A stretch of DNA of 64,000 nucleotides from Patescibacteria group bacterium (GCA_024277435.1 JAJRVJ010000024.1:276-64275); one strand, 5' to 3'; positions 39,385 to 48,833 are shown, counted from the first letter of the stretch. The notes: a model not told the origin generated them from the letters alone. Made by a program: numbers and translations.

Positions 39385-40167
39385 CTACTGCAATAGTAAA
39401 TTAGTAATTTTCTTGTGCAACTTTGGATTAGCCATAATGACCTTCTGATTCATTTGCCGCCATGACCAGCGTTTGCCATAGATATCAGTAATTTTTCCAC
39501 CAGCCTCTCGATAAATAAGTCCACCAGCAGCAATGTCCCACGGATACGCACCGCTAATAATATAGGCGTCAATTTTTCCAGTAGCCAAGGCTAAAATATT
39601 CTGAGCCGCCGATCCAAACAATTTATAATATGTAGTATAGAGAGCTAGCAATGAGCGCCAATGAGCAAATTTTTCCACCATACTACGGGCTCGAATATTG
39701 CTAATTGCTATTACCATTTCTTCCAGTGAGGTTTCTGTACTAGCATGTACACGCTTTCCATTTAGATATGCGCCTTGTCCTCGTCGCGCATACAAAAATT
39801 GATCATGTAATGGATCATAAATTGCTCCCCGCTCAATAACATTTCCCTTGGCTAACGCTACAATTACTCCAAATAATGGAATTTGTTTCGCAAAATTATT
39901 TGTTCCATCCAGTGGATCAATAATCCATGTGTATGGACTACTCCCCTTGAGCTCACCCGCTTCCTCACTGAGGATATTGTGATAAGGAAATTTTTTACGA
40001 ATAGCGGATATCAGTATTTCTTCTGCTTGAAAATCTGCCTCAGTAACAATATCGTGCTGAGAGGTTTTAGGGGTACCGGTTTTAATTACACCAAAATTAT
40101 CCCGCAAACTACTGCCGGCATCGCGAACAATTTTTTCTATGAAATGGTCGAGCGCAGCTTTGCGCAT
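39385..40167 (-). CDS. inositol monophosphatase / FBPase-family phosphatase (SuhB-like)
   Basis: WIIDPLDGTNNF is the hallmark IMPase metal-binding motif. ...EEAGE... lies upstream of it. Confidence 0.85.
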   Translation of the reverse strand: MRKAALDHFIEKIVRDAGSSLRDNFGVIKTGTPKTSQHDIVTEADFQAEEILISAIRKKFPYHNILSEEAGELKGSSPYTWIIDPLDGTNNFAKQIPLFGVIVALAKGNVIERGAIYDPLHDQFLYARRGQGAYLNGKRVHASTETSLEEMVIAISNIRARSMVEKFAHWRSLLALYTTYYKLFGSAAQNILALATGKIDAYIISGAYPWDIAAGGLIYREAGGKITDIYGKRWSWRQMNQKVIMANPKLHKKITNLLLQ

Positions 40168-40179
40168 GTAATTACGATG

Positions 40180-41169
40180 TTACGATTTACGTTTCAACAC
40201 TTTGCGAATAGCCTCTACAACATCAGCAGACTTCATATTATATTTTGTAAGAATTTCATCAGCTGTTCCAGATTCACCATAGGTATCTTGCATGCCTACA
40301 AATTCCATTGGCACAGGATATTCTCGAGCTAATCCTTCAGCCACTGCACCACCAAGACCACCAATTACAGTAGCTTCTTCAGCGGTAACAACTGCTCCAG
40401 TTTTACGTGCCGAAGTAGCAATAGTGTTAATATCAAGTGGCTTAATTGTAGAAGAGTCAATAACCTCCACGCTAATTTCACCCTCTAATGCTTTGGCGGC
40501 CTGTAGAGATTCATATACTAATGGACCACATGCTACAACCGTAACATCTGTTCCTTCATAATACACTTCAGCTTTACCAATTTCAAATGGAGTTTCGTCT
40601 GTTGTAAACGAAGGATACTTATCACGACCAAACCGAATATACACAAGTTGTGGGGTATCAAGAGTTGCGATCGTAGCTTTGAATGCACCGCGTGTATCGG
40701 ATGGTACTAATACTGTACAACCAGCAATTGTGCGCATGGTTGCGATATCTTCAACCGCTTGGTGAGTTGCTCCATCAGGACCCACGGAAACACCGGCATG
40801 AGCACCCGCTACAACTCCATGAAGTGCGTTATAGCCAAAGGTTGTGCGAATCTGCTCCCAACACCGTCCTGGTGAAAAGGCAGCATATGAAGCCATATAA
40901 GGAACCTTTCCGGCGGCAGCCAACCCAGCACCCACAGTAATAAGATTTTGTTCAGCTACGCCAACTTGCACGAAGCGCTCTGGAAATTCGTCACGAAAAT
41001 AATTTGATCGAGTAGATTCTGTTAAATCAGCGCACAGCACAACTACGCGCTCATCACGCTTTCCCAACTCAACAAGACCTTTGCCGTACCCATCACGGGT
41101 TCCAGACAATTCAAGGCTATCACGATCGAATAAATTATCTACTAAATTTGCGGATTGAACGAGAGACAT
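40180..41169 (-). CDS. transketolase, C-terminal subunit (split transketolase)
   Basis: Pyrimidine-binding and C-terminal transketolase domains as a separate 329-aa gene. Adjacent to the N-terminal subunit gene. Confidence 0.9.
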   Translation of the reverse strand: MSLVQSANLVDNLFDRDSLELSGTRDGYGKGLVELGKRDERVVVLCADLTESTRSNYFRDEFPERFVQVGVAEQNLITVGAGLAAAGKVPYMASYAAFSPGRCWEQIRTTFGYNALHGVVAGAHAGVSVGPDGATHQAVEDIATMRTIAGCTVLVPSDTRGAFKATIATLDTPQLVYIRFGRDKYPSFTTDETPFEIGKAEVYYEGTDVTVVACGPLVYESLQAAKALEGEISVEVIDSSTIKPLDINTIATSARKTGAVVTAEEATVIGGLGGAVAEGLAREYPVPMEFVGMQDTYGESGTADEILTKYNMKSADVVEAIRKVLKRKS

Positions 41170-41189
41170 AATTATTACTATTTGATGAG

Positions 41190-42050
41190 TTAGGTCATTT
41201 GGTCAGCTTCGATCTGTTTACGCACTTCCGCAAGATCAGCTAAGGCTTGAGAAAGTTCTTCTTCGGTTTTTGGTGGTTTTCCATGCCATTCATATTCATT
41301 TTCCATATACTTCACACCCTTACCTGGAACTACGTCAGCCAAAATTAATGTTGGACGATCATGTTGATTTTTTGACCGCTCCATTGCATCCACAATCGCT
41401 TCCATATTGTGACCATCCACTTCAATAACATGCCAATTGAATTGGCGATATTTATCGCCCAATGGTTCAAGTGGAAGAATATCTTCAGTATTTCCATCAA
41501 TTTGAATGTAATTACGATCCATAATCACTGTAAGATTGTCCAGTTTTTTGGCAGCGGCAAACATTACACCTTCCCATGTATTACCTTCTTGTTGCTCACC
41601 ATCACTTGTAAGACACCAGACATGTTGATTGGTACCGTCCATTTTTAATGCTAATGCCATACCCGCAGCTTGCGATGTTCCAGAACCAAGTGGACCACTA
41701 GTATTTTCTAATCCAGGCAATGCTGTACGATGCGGATGCCCTTGTAAGCGGCTACCTAATTTACGCAATGTCATCAACTCTTCAACTGGAAAATATCCAG
41801 TCCGAGCCATGCACGAATATAGAACAGGACAAATATGTCCATTCGAAAGCACAATGCGATCACGTTCAGCCCATTCTGGATTATCCGGTTGAATATTAGC
41901 TACATTAAAATAGAGTGCTGTAAAAATATCAGCCATGCCAAGTGGACCGGCTGAATGACCAGATTCTGCTTCATGCAACATCTTCACAATATCCTCTCGG
42001 ACATCAGTTGCTTTTAAGCGTAATTCTTTAACGTTGGTAATCTTGTCCAT
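41190..42050 (-). CDS. transketolase, N-terminal (TPP-binding) subunit
   Basis: ...GHSAGPLGMADI...SNGH... TPP-binding motifs in a 286-aa protein. A split tkt of this kind is common in archaea and in reduced bacterial genomes. Confidence 0.9.
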   Translation of the reverse strand: MDKITNVKELRLKATDVREDIVKMLHEAESGHSAGPLGMADIFTALYFNVANIQPDNPEWAERDRIVLSNGHICPVLYSCMARTGYFPVEELMTLRKLGSRLQGHPHRTALPGLENTSGPLGSGTSQAAGMALALKMDGTNQHVWCLTSDGEQQEGNTWEGVMFAAAKKLDNLTVIMDRNYIQIDGNTEDILPLEPLGDKYRQFNWHVIEVDGHNMEAIVDAMERSKNQHDRPTLILADVVPGKGVKYMENEYEWHGKPPKTEEELSQALADLAEVRKQIEADQMT

Positions 42051-42055
42051 TAGTA

Positions 42056-42682
42056 TTATTGTAGGGATTTAATTGCCTCTTCAAGGTTATCGGCTTTAAA
42101 TAAATAACTATTAGCACATACTGTACTTGCACCAGCCTCTTTAATTGTTTCGATTGTTTTACCATTTACACCACCATCTACCATAATATCTAATTCCGGT
42201 TTTAATTCACGTAGATATTTAATTTTTTCAAGGACGTCTGAATTAAATGCCTGAGCAGCAAATCCTGGTTCAACCCCCATGATAAGAACGCTATCAAGAT
42301 CATCTAACACCTCTTTTACATCATATGTTGGGGTATGAGGATTAATGGCAATGCCCACTTTTTTACCCATACCTTTAATAAGCTTTATAATTTGCTCCAA
42401 ATTTTCAGCTGCCTCGCGATGCACATACATTAATGTTACCTGAGGAAGATCCCATTTCTTCAAATACAACTGCGGCCGTGCAATCATAAGATGTAACGAC
42501 ATTGTTAAATCTCCTAAATCAAGCTTTGAAATTGCTTCGGGATCGTTAATTGTTGTATTAGGAACGAACTCCCCGTCCATTACGTCTAAGCTCACTTCTC
42601 GAACCAATCCCTTTACGAGATCAATCTTACGTTGGAGCTCATTGATATCTTGCTCTAGTAAAGCTGGTTGAACTTCTATCAT
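42056..42682 (-). CDS. rpe: ribulose-phosphate 3-epimerase
   Basis: DVMDGEFVPN, IMGVEPGFAAQAF and MVDGGVN match the Rpe TIM-barrel signatures. Confidence 0.85.
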   Translation of the reverse strand: MIEVQPALLEQDINELQRKIDLVKGLVREVSLDVMDGEFVPNTTINDPEAISKLDLGDLTMSLHLMIARPQLYLKKWDLPQVTLMYVHREAAENLEQIIKLIKGMGKKVGIAINPHTPTYDVKEVLDDLDSVLIMGVEPGFAAQAFNSDVLEKIKYLRELKPELDIMVDGGVNGKTIETIKEAGASTVCANSYLFKADNLEEAIKSLQ

Positions 42683-42687
42683 ATATA

Positions 42688-43128
42688 TTATTCTTTGCCT
42701 CTTATTTTATCTAATCTACGAGCATGGCGTTCTTCTCCAGAAAATTCTGTTGTAAGCCAAGTGTATAGTATTGTTTTTGCATCTTCTGCTGTCATCCAAT
42801 CACCGGATAATCCTACTACGTTTGCATCATTATGTTCACGAGAATGCTTTGCAGATTCTTCATTATGAACAGCCACCGCTAGAACACCCGTTACTTTATT
42901 TGCAGCGATAATAACACCTGCGGCCGATCGACAGGCTAATACACCTTTATGTTCAGTTGGATTTTCAGCAACCTTCTCAGCCACTGAAAAGGCAAAATCT
43001 GGATAATCATCAGCTGGATCCATTTTATGTGCCCCAAGATCCTCGTATGGCATTTTCCACTCCTCGAGCCATGTGATAATTTGTTGCTTAAGTTCAAATC
43101 CCCCGTGATCTGCTCCTAAATAAATCAT
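42688..43128 (-). CDS. rpiB: ribose-5-phosphate isomerase B (RpiB/LacAB family)
   Basis: MIYLGADHGGFELK...ACRSAAGV...HN... in 146 aa is typical of RpiB. Confidence 0.85.
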   Translation of the reverse strand: MIYLGADHGGFELKQQIITWLEEWKMPYEDLGAHKMDPADDYPDFAFSVAEKVAENPTEHKGVLACRSAAGVIIAANKVTGVLAVAVHNEESAKHSREHNDANVVGLSGDWMTAEDAKTILYTWLTTEFSGEERHARRLDKIRGKE

Positions 43129-43133
43129 GCGTG

Positions 43134-43400
43134 TTATTCGATAGAATCTATATCAGTTTCATCAACGGTGGTTGTATTTGATTCCTCGAGGCTCTCGCTT
43201 GCATCTACTTGCTGATCTATCTGGCAATCATTCTCGTAGCAGTATGCCAGGGCGGATTCATAAAATCGAATCTGCTGACTAGACAACTGAACTTGAACGA
43301 TTAATCCAGACATAAGCAGACAAACACAGAGCGTCAATATGACCAATATGATCTTATTGCCAACTGAGTGATGAGCATACGAAGAAACCGACCGTCTCAT
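43134..43400 (-). CDS. small membrane-anchored hypothetical protein
   Basis: 88 aa with one TM helix and an acidic C-terminus. Sits between rpiB and the DsbA paralog. Confidence 0.3.
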   Translation of the reverse strand: MRRSVSSYAHHSVGNKIILVILTLCVCLLMSGLIVQVQLSSQQIRFYESALAYCYENDCQIDQQVDASESLEESNTTTVDETDIDSIE

Positions 43401-43452
43401 AAGACCAGTATATCACACTCATATCTGGCCGACAAGAGATTTTTAGCTAATT

Positions 43453-44145
43453 TTAGTAGGATTCCAAGGCAGCCTCTATGATAGTTCCCCAACTATCCAC
43501 AGTAAGTAGCCCTTCAACCTTCTGACCATTTATAAAATAGGTAGGAGTTGATGTAACACCACTTAATAAGCCTTCGTTATAGTCTTGCTCAACCTCATCA
43601 GCAAATTGCTCACTATCCAGGCAAGTTTCGAAACGCGTAGTATCCAAGCCAGCTTCAGCTGCTAATGATGAAAATATACCAAATTGCGATAATTGATTTT
43701 GATTTTCGAATAATAAATCATGGTATTCCCAAAACGATCCTTGCTCATCAGCACATTCAGCAGCCATAGCTGCCGGACGAGCATACGGATGAATGGAATC
43801 TAATGGAAAATCACGGTACACAAATAGTATTTTGTTGGGATACTTCAATAATACCTGATTCATAATTGGAGCGGCTTGCTGACAAAATGGACATTGAAAA
43901 TCTTCAAATGCAATAATTTCTACCGGAGCCCCAGGAATACCAATGTACGGATCATCATTGCGTCCAGGAGTAAACCCTGTAACACTATCATTTGCTGTAT
44001 AATTAGATGTTTCGCCAGTACGAATTTTCTGAACTTCGCTATACACCATAGCAAGAAAGGCTACACCAATTAACAAGACCCCTAACACAACAATTAGAGC
44101 AAGTATTTTCCAAAAACTTTTGTACCACGGTCTATAAATACTCAT
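43453..44145 (-). CDS. membrane-anchored DsbA/BdbD-like thiol:disulfide oxidoreductase (paralog 2)
   Basis: TM anchor plus FEDFQCPFCQQAAP, a CPFC active site in a thioredoxin fold. ATGA overlap with paralog 3. Confidence 0.75.
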   Translation of the reverse strand: MSIYRPWYKSFWKILALIVVLGVLLIGVAFLAMVYSEVQKIRTGETSNYTANDSVTGFTPGRNDDPYIGIPGAPVEIIAFEDFQCPFCQQAAPIMNQVLLKYPNKILFVYRDFPLDSIHPYARPAAMAAECADEQGSFWEYHDLLFENQNQLSQFGIFSSLAAEAGLDTTRFETCLDSEQFADEVEQDYNEGLLSGVTSTPTYFINGQKVEGLLTVDSWGTIIEAALESY

Positions 44146-44969
44146 TCTTCTAATACGCTATCAATTAACTTCATCATACCATTAATTGGTACAGCACCGG
44201 AAAATGTAATCTGCTGACCATCTGGAGCAATTAATATACTGGTTGGTGTACCACTTACGCCAACCCGTAAACCATCTTCAAATTGGCTATCTACCAATTC
44301 AATATACTTTTCACTATCTAAACATTCACGAAACGCCACTGTATCAACATCATGTTCAGCCGCTAAATCCTGCAAAGCATCAGCTGTATCATGCGAATCT
44401 TGTTCAAATAGATCGCTGAGATACGCCCAAAAGGCATCATTACCAGCTACCTCAGCTACACATTCTGCTCCCTGCGCCCTAAGCACGGCATTTGGATGAC
44501 TACCCTTGAGAGGAAAATGACGATACACCCAACTTACCTTTCCATTATATTGCTCTACAACAGCTTCCATAATTGGATGAAAACTTTTACAAAACGGACA
44601 TTCTAAATCTGAGTACTCAACAATTGTTACAGGCGCATTAGACGGCCCTAGACGATGATCGGTATCCGTTAACTCAACAGGAGCCTTTGGAGCTTTCGTA
44701 GGTAAATCTACATCAACATCTGTATCAGTATCATCCACAGCGTTTAATTGCGTAGGATCTTGTACAACAGCTAGCGCATCAAGTGTAATATCGGTTTTCA
44801 CTATGCGATAACCAGTAAACAACATCGATACGGTTACAAAAAACATAATGCTAATAGTAAACAAAAAACCACCGGCAAATCCGATGCGAACTGCTGTGGT
44901 TAGTGTCATTTTTGGTGATTGGGAATTCTGCGTGCTATTCATAATATATATCAATAGACATAATACCAT
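44142..44969 (-). CDS. membrane-anchored DsbA/BdbD-like thiol:disulfide oxidoreductase (paralog 3)
   Basis: TM anchor plus YSDLECPFCKSFHP. The true start is probably an internal ATG (MNSTQ... or MTLTT...), which would remove the 35-bp overlap with the M56 gene. Confidence 0.7.
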   Translation of the reverse strand: MVLCLLIYIMNSTQNSQSPKMTLTTAVRIGFAGGFLFTISIMFFVTVSMLFTGYRIVKTDITLDALAVVQDPTQLNAVDDTDTDVDVDLPTKAPKAPVELTDTDHRLGPSNAPVTIVEYSDLECPFCKSFHPIMEAVVEQYNGKVSWVYRHFPLKGSHPNAVLRAQGAECVAEVAGNDAFWAYLSDLFEQDSHDTADALQDLAAEHDVDTVAFRECLDSEKYIELVDSQFEDGLRVGVSGTPTSILIAPDGQQITFSGAVPINGMMKLIDSVLEE

Positions 44970-45921
44970 GTTCTGTACTAGGAATGGAAATAGTTGTCAT
45001 ATTTATCTCTGTAGATTGCATAGTGGGCGGCATACTTATTACATCAACACACATTGGCTGCTCTTGAATACATGTTGATAATACCTCTTGAGAGTTATCA
45101 CTTTGAGCAGCCGCTGTATAGGTTGCTCCCAATACTAAGGCAAGAGTAATTACCACTCCTAGTAAAGGGGTAAATCGTGGCCGCGGCACCGACTCCCCTA
45201 TTAATCGATTTATTCTCAACTGGGTTGGTGAAAAAAATGTAGCGGCCAACCCTGCGCTATTTTGTGAAAACTCCAGCACCTTACCTAGCGCTCGACTAAG
45301 CATAGCATCATCACCAACGGATTCATCTGCGGCAATTTCTGCCAACGACTCGATATGATTCACTATTGTTTTCGTTCCAGGAAATAACGGCTGAATACTC
45401 CGTAATAATAATCTATGAATTGGATCAAAGCCTTTGGCATGAGCCAATTCATGACGTAACACTGCCCATAACTCAAATCCAGATAATACCTCTTCTAATG
45501 TTGTACTTACATAAATACGCGGCTTCCATATACCAATGCATACCGCTATGGGTTTATCGAACTGTGTGCGATGAATTTGAATTCCACCAATAACCGTTGT
45601 GCGAATACTATTTGAACGAAGTTCTTTCTCCAAACGACGAGTAACTAACAGTGCTCGAATAATTCTACCAAGAATAATTATTACAACAGCGAGTATTGCC
45701 AATACCGTTAACCCTATCATTATAAACGTCGCCGGATTAATTGTGGTAAGTGATTGCGAGCACCCACACGTATCCACCACATGCCCAACCGCTGCTGTAG
45801 TTGCCCTATTAAATACTATGCCAAGCATTTCAAATGCAACGCTAAATACTGCAGTTACAGTAAGCACAACAACTGCTACGCTAGAATACACAAAGGTAAT
45901 AAATTTACCCCGATTCGACAT
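44935..45921 (-). CDS. BlaR1/MecR1-type M56 peptidase-family membrane signal transducer, lacking a penicillin-binding sensor domain
   Basis: Four TM helices plus the M56 zinc motif HELAHAKGFDP (HExxH) in the cytoplasmic loop. The C-terminal extracytoplasmic part is short and contains Cys pairs (CIQEQPMC). An N-terminal CGC is also present. Confidence 0.7.
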   Translation of the reverse strand: MSNRGKFITFVYSSVAVVVLTVTAVFSVAFEMLGIVFNRATTAAVGHVVDTCGCSQSLTTINPATFIMIGLTVLAILAVVIIILGRIIRALLVTRRLEKELRSNSIRTTVIGGIQIHRTQFDKPIAVCIGIWKPRIYVSTTLEEVLSGFELWAVLRHELAHAKGFDPIHRLLLRSIQPLFPGTKTIVNHIESLAEIAADESVGDDAMLSRALGKVLEFSQNSAGLAATFFSPTQLRINRLIGESVPRPRFTPLLGVVITLALVLGATYTAAAQSDNSQEVLSTCIQEQPMCVDVISMPPTMQSTEINMTTISIPSTEHGIMSIDIYYE

Positions 45922-45925
45922 GAGT

Positions 45926-46309
45926 TTATTTACAATCGCTTAATCGTTTCTTAAGCTGATCAATTGCCGAAGGATCAATATCCTCAACAATATCAACAAA
46001 TTGCGCCACAGCTAAATCGCCATAGTTTTTAATCAATTGTTCAATAATTGATTTTGATGTTTGTAATTTTAATTGATCCTCGCTATTTACTGGCGAATAC
46101 TCGTATGCCTTTCCAATCTTCTTGCGCTTCAATACCCCCTTCTTGGCCAAACGATCCATAGTGGTCATTACTGTTGTGTAAGCAATTTTTCCACCCCTCT
46201 TCTCCAGCACCTCATTAAAAACACACCGCACAGTAGCACAACCGCGGTGCCACACTACGTCCATTACCATTTGTTCAAGTTGCCCTAGTGGTTTAAGAGA
46301 TTTTCGCAT
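45926..46309 (-). CDS. BlaI/MecI/CopY-family winged-helix transcriptional repressor
   Basis: 127 aa: ...LGQLEQMVMDVVWHRGCATVRCVFNEVLEKRGGKIAYTTVMTTMDRLAKKGVL... is the penicillinase-repressor fold. Immediately upstream of the M56 gene. Confidence 0.8.
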   Translation of the reverse strand: MRKSLKPLGQLEQMVMDVVWHRGCATVRCVFNEVLEKRGGKIAYTTVMTTMDRLAKKGVLKRKKIGKAYEYSPVNSEDQLKLQTSKSIIEQLIKNYGDLAVAQFVDIVEDIDPSAIDQLKKRLSDCK

Positions 46310-46344
46310 AAATAAAAATACTTTCTACTACAAAGTGTAGTATA

Positions 46345-47265
46345 CTATTCCATTTCCGTCAAAAGCTGTTGAGCCGTTATAAGCAACTGTTTTACTTTTG
46401 CACGTTTTAAACCTGTGATACGAACTACTTTTTCTAGCGGTATTTCCGCCAATTGCTGTACCAATATAATATTTTTATCAAACAAGCTTTTTTTGGCGGA
46501 TTTATTTAAGCCAGACAGAACGGTGATAGGATACAATCCCTTAGCTTCAACATGTTCATTTAAGCCCTTCCCTCTTGGATGATGCCAAGCTAATACTTTC
46601 ATACCCATACAATCTGCGTAACTTATTGCATCGACCGTAATTTTAGTATTTGTTACTAGCCATGGAACATGGTTCTTATGTGATATACTCTCTTGTTTAT
46701 TCCATGTATGTTGGACATCTAAGAAACGAGCGTACACATAGAGTGCTACTCGAATATTCGTTTTTGCTCCTGAATAGTGATGATGCTTGCACTCAATCAT
46801 GTAGTGAGAATTTCCACGCTCTGCTACTACATCTATCTCATGACGCACACATTTACCATTCACAAACTGGTTGGTTTTTGTTTTATATCCATACGCGTTA
46901 AACACGTGGGCGATATATTGCTCGAATGGAAATCCACTAGGACCGAGATCAACGATCGCGCGCTTCAAATTATAACGAGCGGCTGCAACCAGATCATTTT
47001 TTTTAACCAATGCGCTTTCAGTAGCCGCATGCAGCTTATCGGTTGAAACAAGATTATTTTCATCATGCGTAACCATGCGTAATACCTCTTGAGCCAAACT
47101 ATGCTCGATACCGGCCAACCGCATCGACTGCAAATACTTTTTCCTCACAAATACCTCTGTATCACCAGTAGTTTTTTTAATACGATGTTTTTTACCACTC
47201 TTACGACCACCTTTTTTATGATGCTTTTTATGGCTGCGCTTTTTCGTCATGTATTCAGTATACAC
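46345..47265 (-). CDS. Mrr-like restriction endonuclease-fold protein with a basic N-terminal tail
   Basis: GFPFEQYIAHVFNAYGYKTKTNQ...RHEIDVVAE resembles the Mrr_cat (PD-(D/E)xK) N-terminal core. Lys/His-rich N-terminus. Confidence 0.45.
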   Translation of the reverse strand: MYTEYMTKKRSHKKHHKKGGRKSGKKHRIKKTTGDTEVFVRKKYLQSMRLAGIEHSLAQEVLRMVTHDENNLVSTDKLHAATESALVKKNDLVAAARYNLKRAIVDLGPSGFPFEQYIAHVFNAYGYKTKTNQFVNGKCVRHEIDVVAERGNSHYMIECKHHHYSGAKTNIRVALYVYARFLDVQHTWNKQESISHKNHVPWLVTNTKITVDAISYADCMGMKVLAWHHPRGKGLNEHVEAKGLYPITVLSGLNKSAKKSLFDKNIILVQQLAEIPLEKVVRITGLKRAKVKQLLITAQQLLTEME

Positions 47266-47272
47266 AAAAAAT

Positions 47273-47296
47273 AACGGCAGCCCTAGAGCTGCCGTT
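47273..47296 (-). terminator. candidate intrinsic terminator (minus strand) upstream of the Mrr-like gene
   Basis: Perfect 9-bp stem aacggcagc / gctgccgtt with a 6-nt loop. An A7 run on the plus strand just before it gives a U-run on the minus-strand RNA. Confidence 0.4.
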
Positions 47297-47533
47297 CATA
47301 TATAGTTGGGCGCTTAACAAGCGCAACCGTCTCCACCTAATACCATAAGTGTATAAATTATTTATTAGTAAAGAGAATATGCAAGGAGTACTAACAAGCG
47401 CACTCTCCGCCTTCGCAACAACCACCTTCTCCGCCTACATAAGCATTGTAAAGTTTAATAGTAATATTGTACGTTAATTTATTAAGTACTACGCAATGTA
47501 GTATAACAGATTTTATTACTTTGTCAATAACTT

Positions 47534-48028
47534 TTATTGAGAATTAAGTAAGTTTTTGGACTTACTAAACCATCCATCCACAGAGAGCCATTTTTGCGAA
47601 GTAATAATCAATACAATAGCCAAAGCCAGCAGCACTAGGTCTCTCCAGAGTAACTGACCAAACGTATCTCCAAAATGCAAGGCATCTCCAAAACATCCGC
47701 AATCCTCTAATGTACGTCCTCTAGTCATGTTCACAACAATTCCGATAATGAAACTAACCGTAGATAAACTAATTACTACAGAACTAAACCGCACAAATGC
47801 ACCAATAATGAGTAGTAAGCCAAATATCACCTCTACCCATGGTAATGCTGTCATGTACCATGTTAATAGTGGATCGGGAATAATATCCCAACTACGTCCA
47901 ATGGCAATGAAATCAGCAATTGGCTCCATGAGCTTGGCGCCACCAGCTAGCACAAATACCCCGCCAAGCACTACTCGGGATACAAGTACAAAATATTTGT
48001 TATTAATTAACTTCTTCAATGCTTCCAT
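47534..48028 (-). CDS. DoxX/MauE-family membrane protein with a CGCFG motif
   Basis: Four TM helices and the DoxX-like profile (VSRVVLGGVFVLAGGAKL...). A conserved Cys pair EDCGCFG lies in the last loop. Overlaps the end of the upstream DsbA paralog. Confidence 0.65.
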   Translation of the reverse strand: MEALKKLINNKYFVLVSRVVLGGVFVLAGGAKLMEPIADFIAIGRSWDIIPDPLLTWYMTALPWVEVIFGLLLIIGAFVRFSSVVISLSTVSFIIGIVVNMTRGRTLEDCGCFGDALHFGDTFGQLLWRDLVLLALAIVLIITSQKWLSVDGWFSKSKNLLNSQ

Positions 48029-48821
48029 CTTCTTTTATCTCTTCAGTAAGATTAGTATCCTCTTCAACTCCATTAACACCATCAATTCCAGATTGCTCAC
48101 GAGCTTTTTTAAGCTGATCTTTAATTTCCTTCTGCAAGCTACTGTACGCTCCTACACCAGCATAGCGCTCTCCATTAATAAATAACGTTGACGTGGATTG
48201 CACCTCAGCTGCATCACCCTCATTCACATCTTCTTGTACTATTGCTCGCTGCTCGTGCTTATCTAAGCATGCTTCAAATGCATCGGTATCATATTCTAAC
48301 TCTGCCACATATCCCTTAAACAAGTCTTCAGTCTGCTTTGATGTCGCCTGGCTAGCCCATACATCCTGTTCTTCAAATAATTTATCATGATATGTCCAGA
48401 ACGCATCGTTACCTTCATTAGCGAATACACATTGCCCTGCTTCTGCAGCAATAAATGCATATTTGTGTATATTCACTGGTAATGGAAAATCGTTATATAC
48501 CACTGAAATATCATCGCCAAACTCTTCAACAGCTTGCCTTAACTGCGGGGCCATTTTTAAACAAGCTGGACATTCAAAATCGCTGTATTCTTCAATAACA
48601 ACTAATGGATCACTACCGCCTTTTGTAGGATCATCACTTACACCTTGTGTAGGAGTACCATCTGGGCTTACCGCCGCTTTAATAACCCACACCAATACAA
48701 TAACTACTATAATAACAATACCTACCACGACAGCTTTTTGAGTACTTTCAGTAGTATCAGTTTTTTTAGGCTTGTTCGTAGCTTGCTTACCACCTTTTTT
48801 ACTTAGTGATTTTTCTCCCAT
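48003..48821 (-). CDS. membrane-anchored DsbA/BdbD-like thiol:disulfide oxidoreductase (paralog 4)
   Basis: Basic N-terminus, a TM helix, then YSDFECPACLKMAP (CPAC) in a DsbA-like thioredoxin fold. Confidence 0.7.
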   Translation of the reverse strand: MGEKSLSKKGGKQATNKPKKTDTTESTQKAVVVGIVIIVVIVLVWVIKAAVSPDGTPTQGVSDDPTKGGSDPLVVIEEYSDFECPACLKMAPQLRQAVEEFGDDISVVYNDFPLPVNIHKYAFIAAEAGQCVFANEGNDAFWTYHDKLFEEQDVWASQATSKQTEDLFKGYVAELEYDTDAFEACLDKHEQRAIVQEDVNEGDAAEVQSTSTLFINGERYAGVGAYSSLQKEIKDQLKKAREQSGIDGVNGVEEDTNLTEEIKEDGSIEEVN

Positions 48822-48833
48822 AGGTAAAATAAT

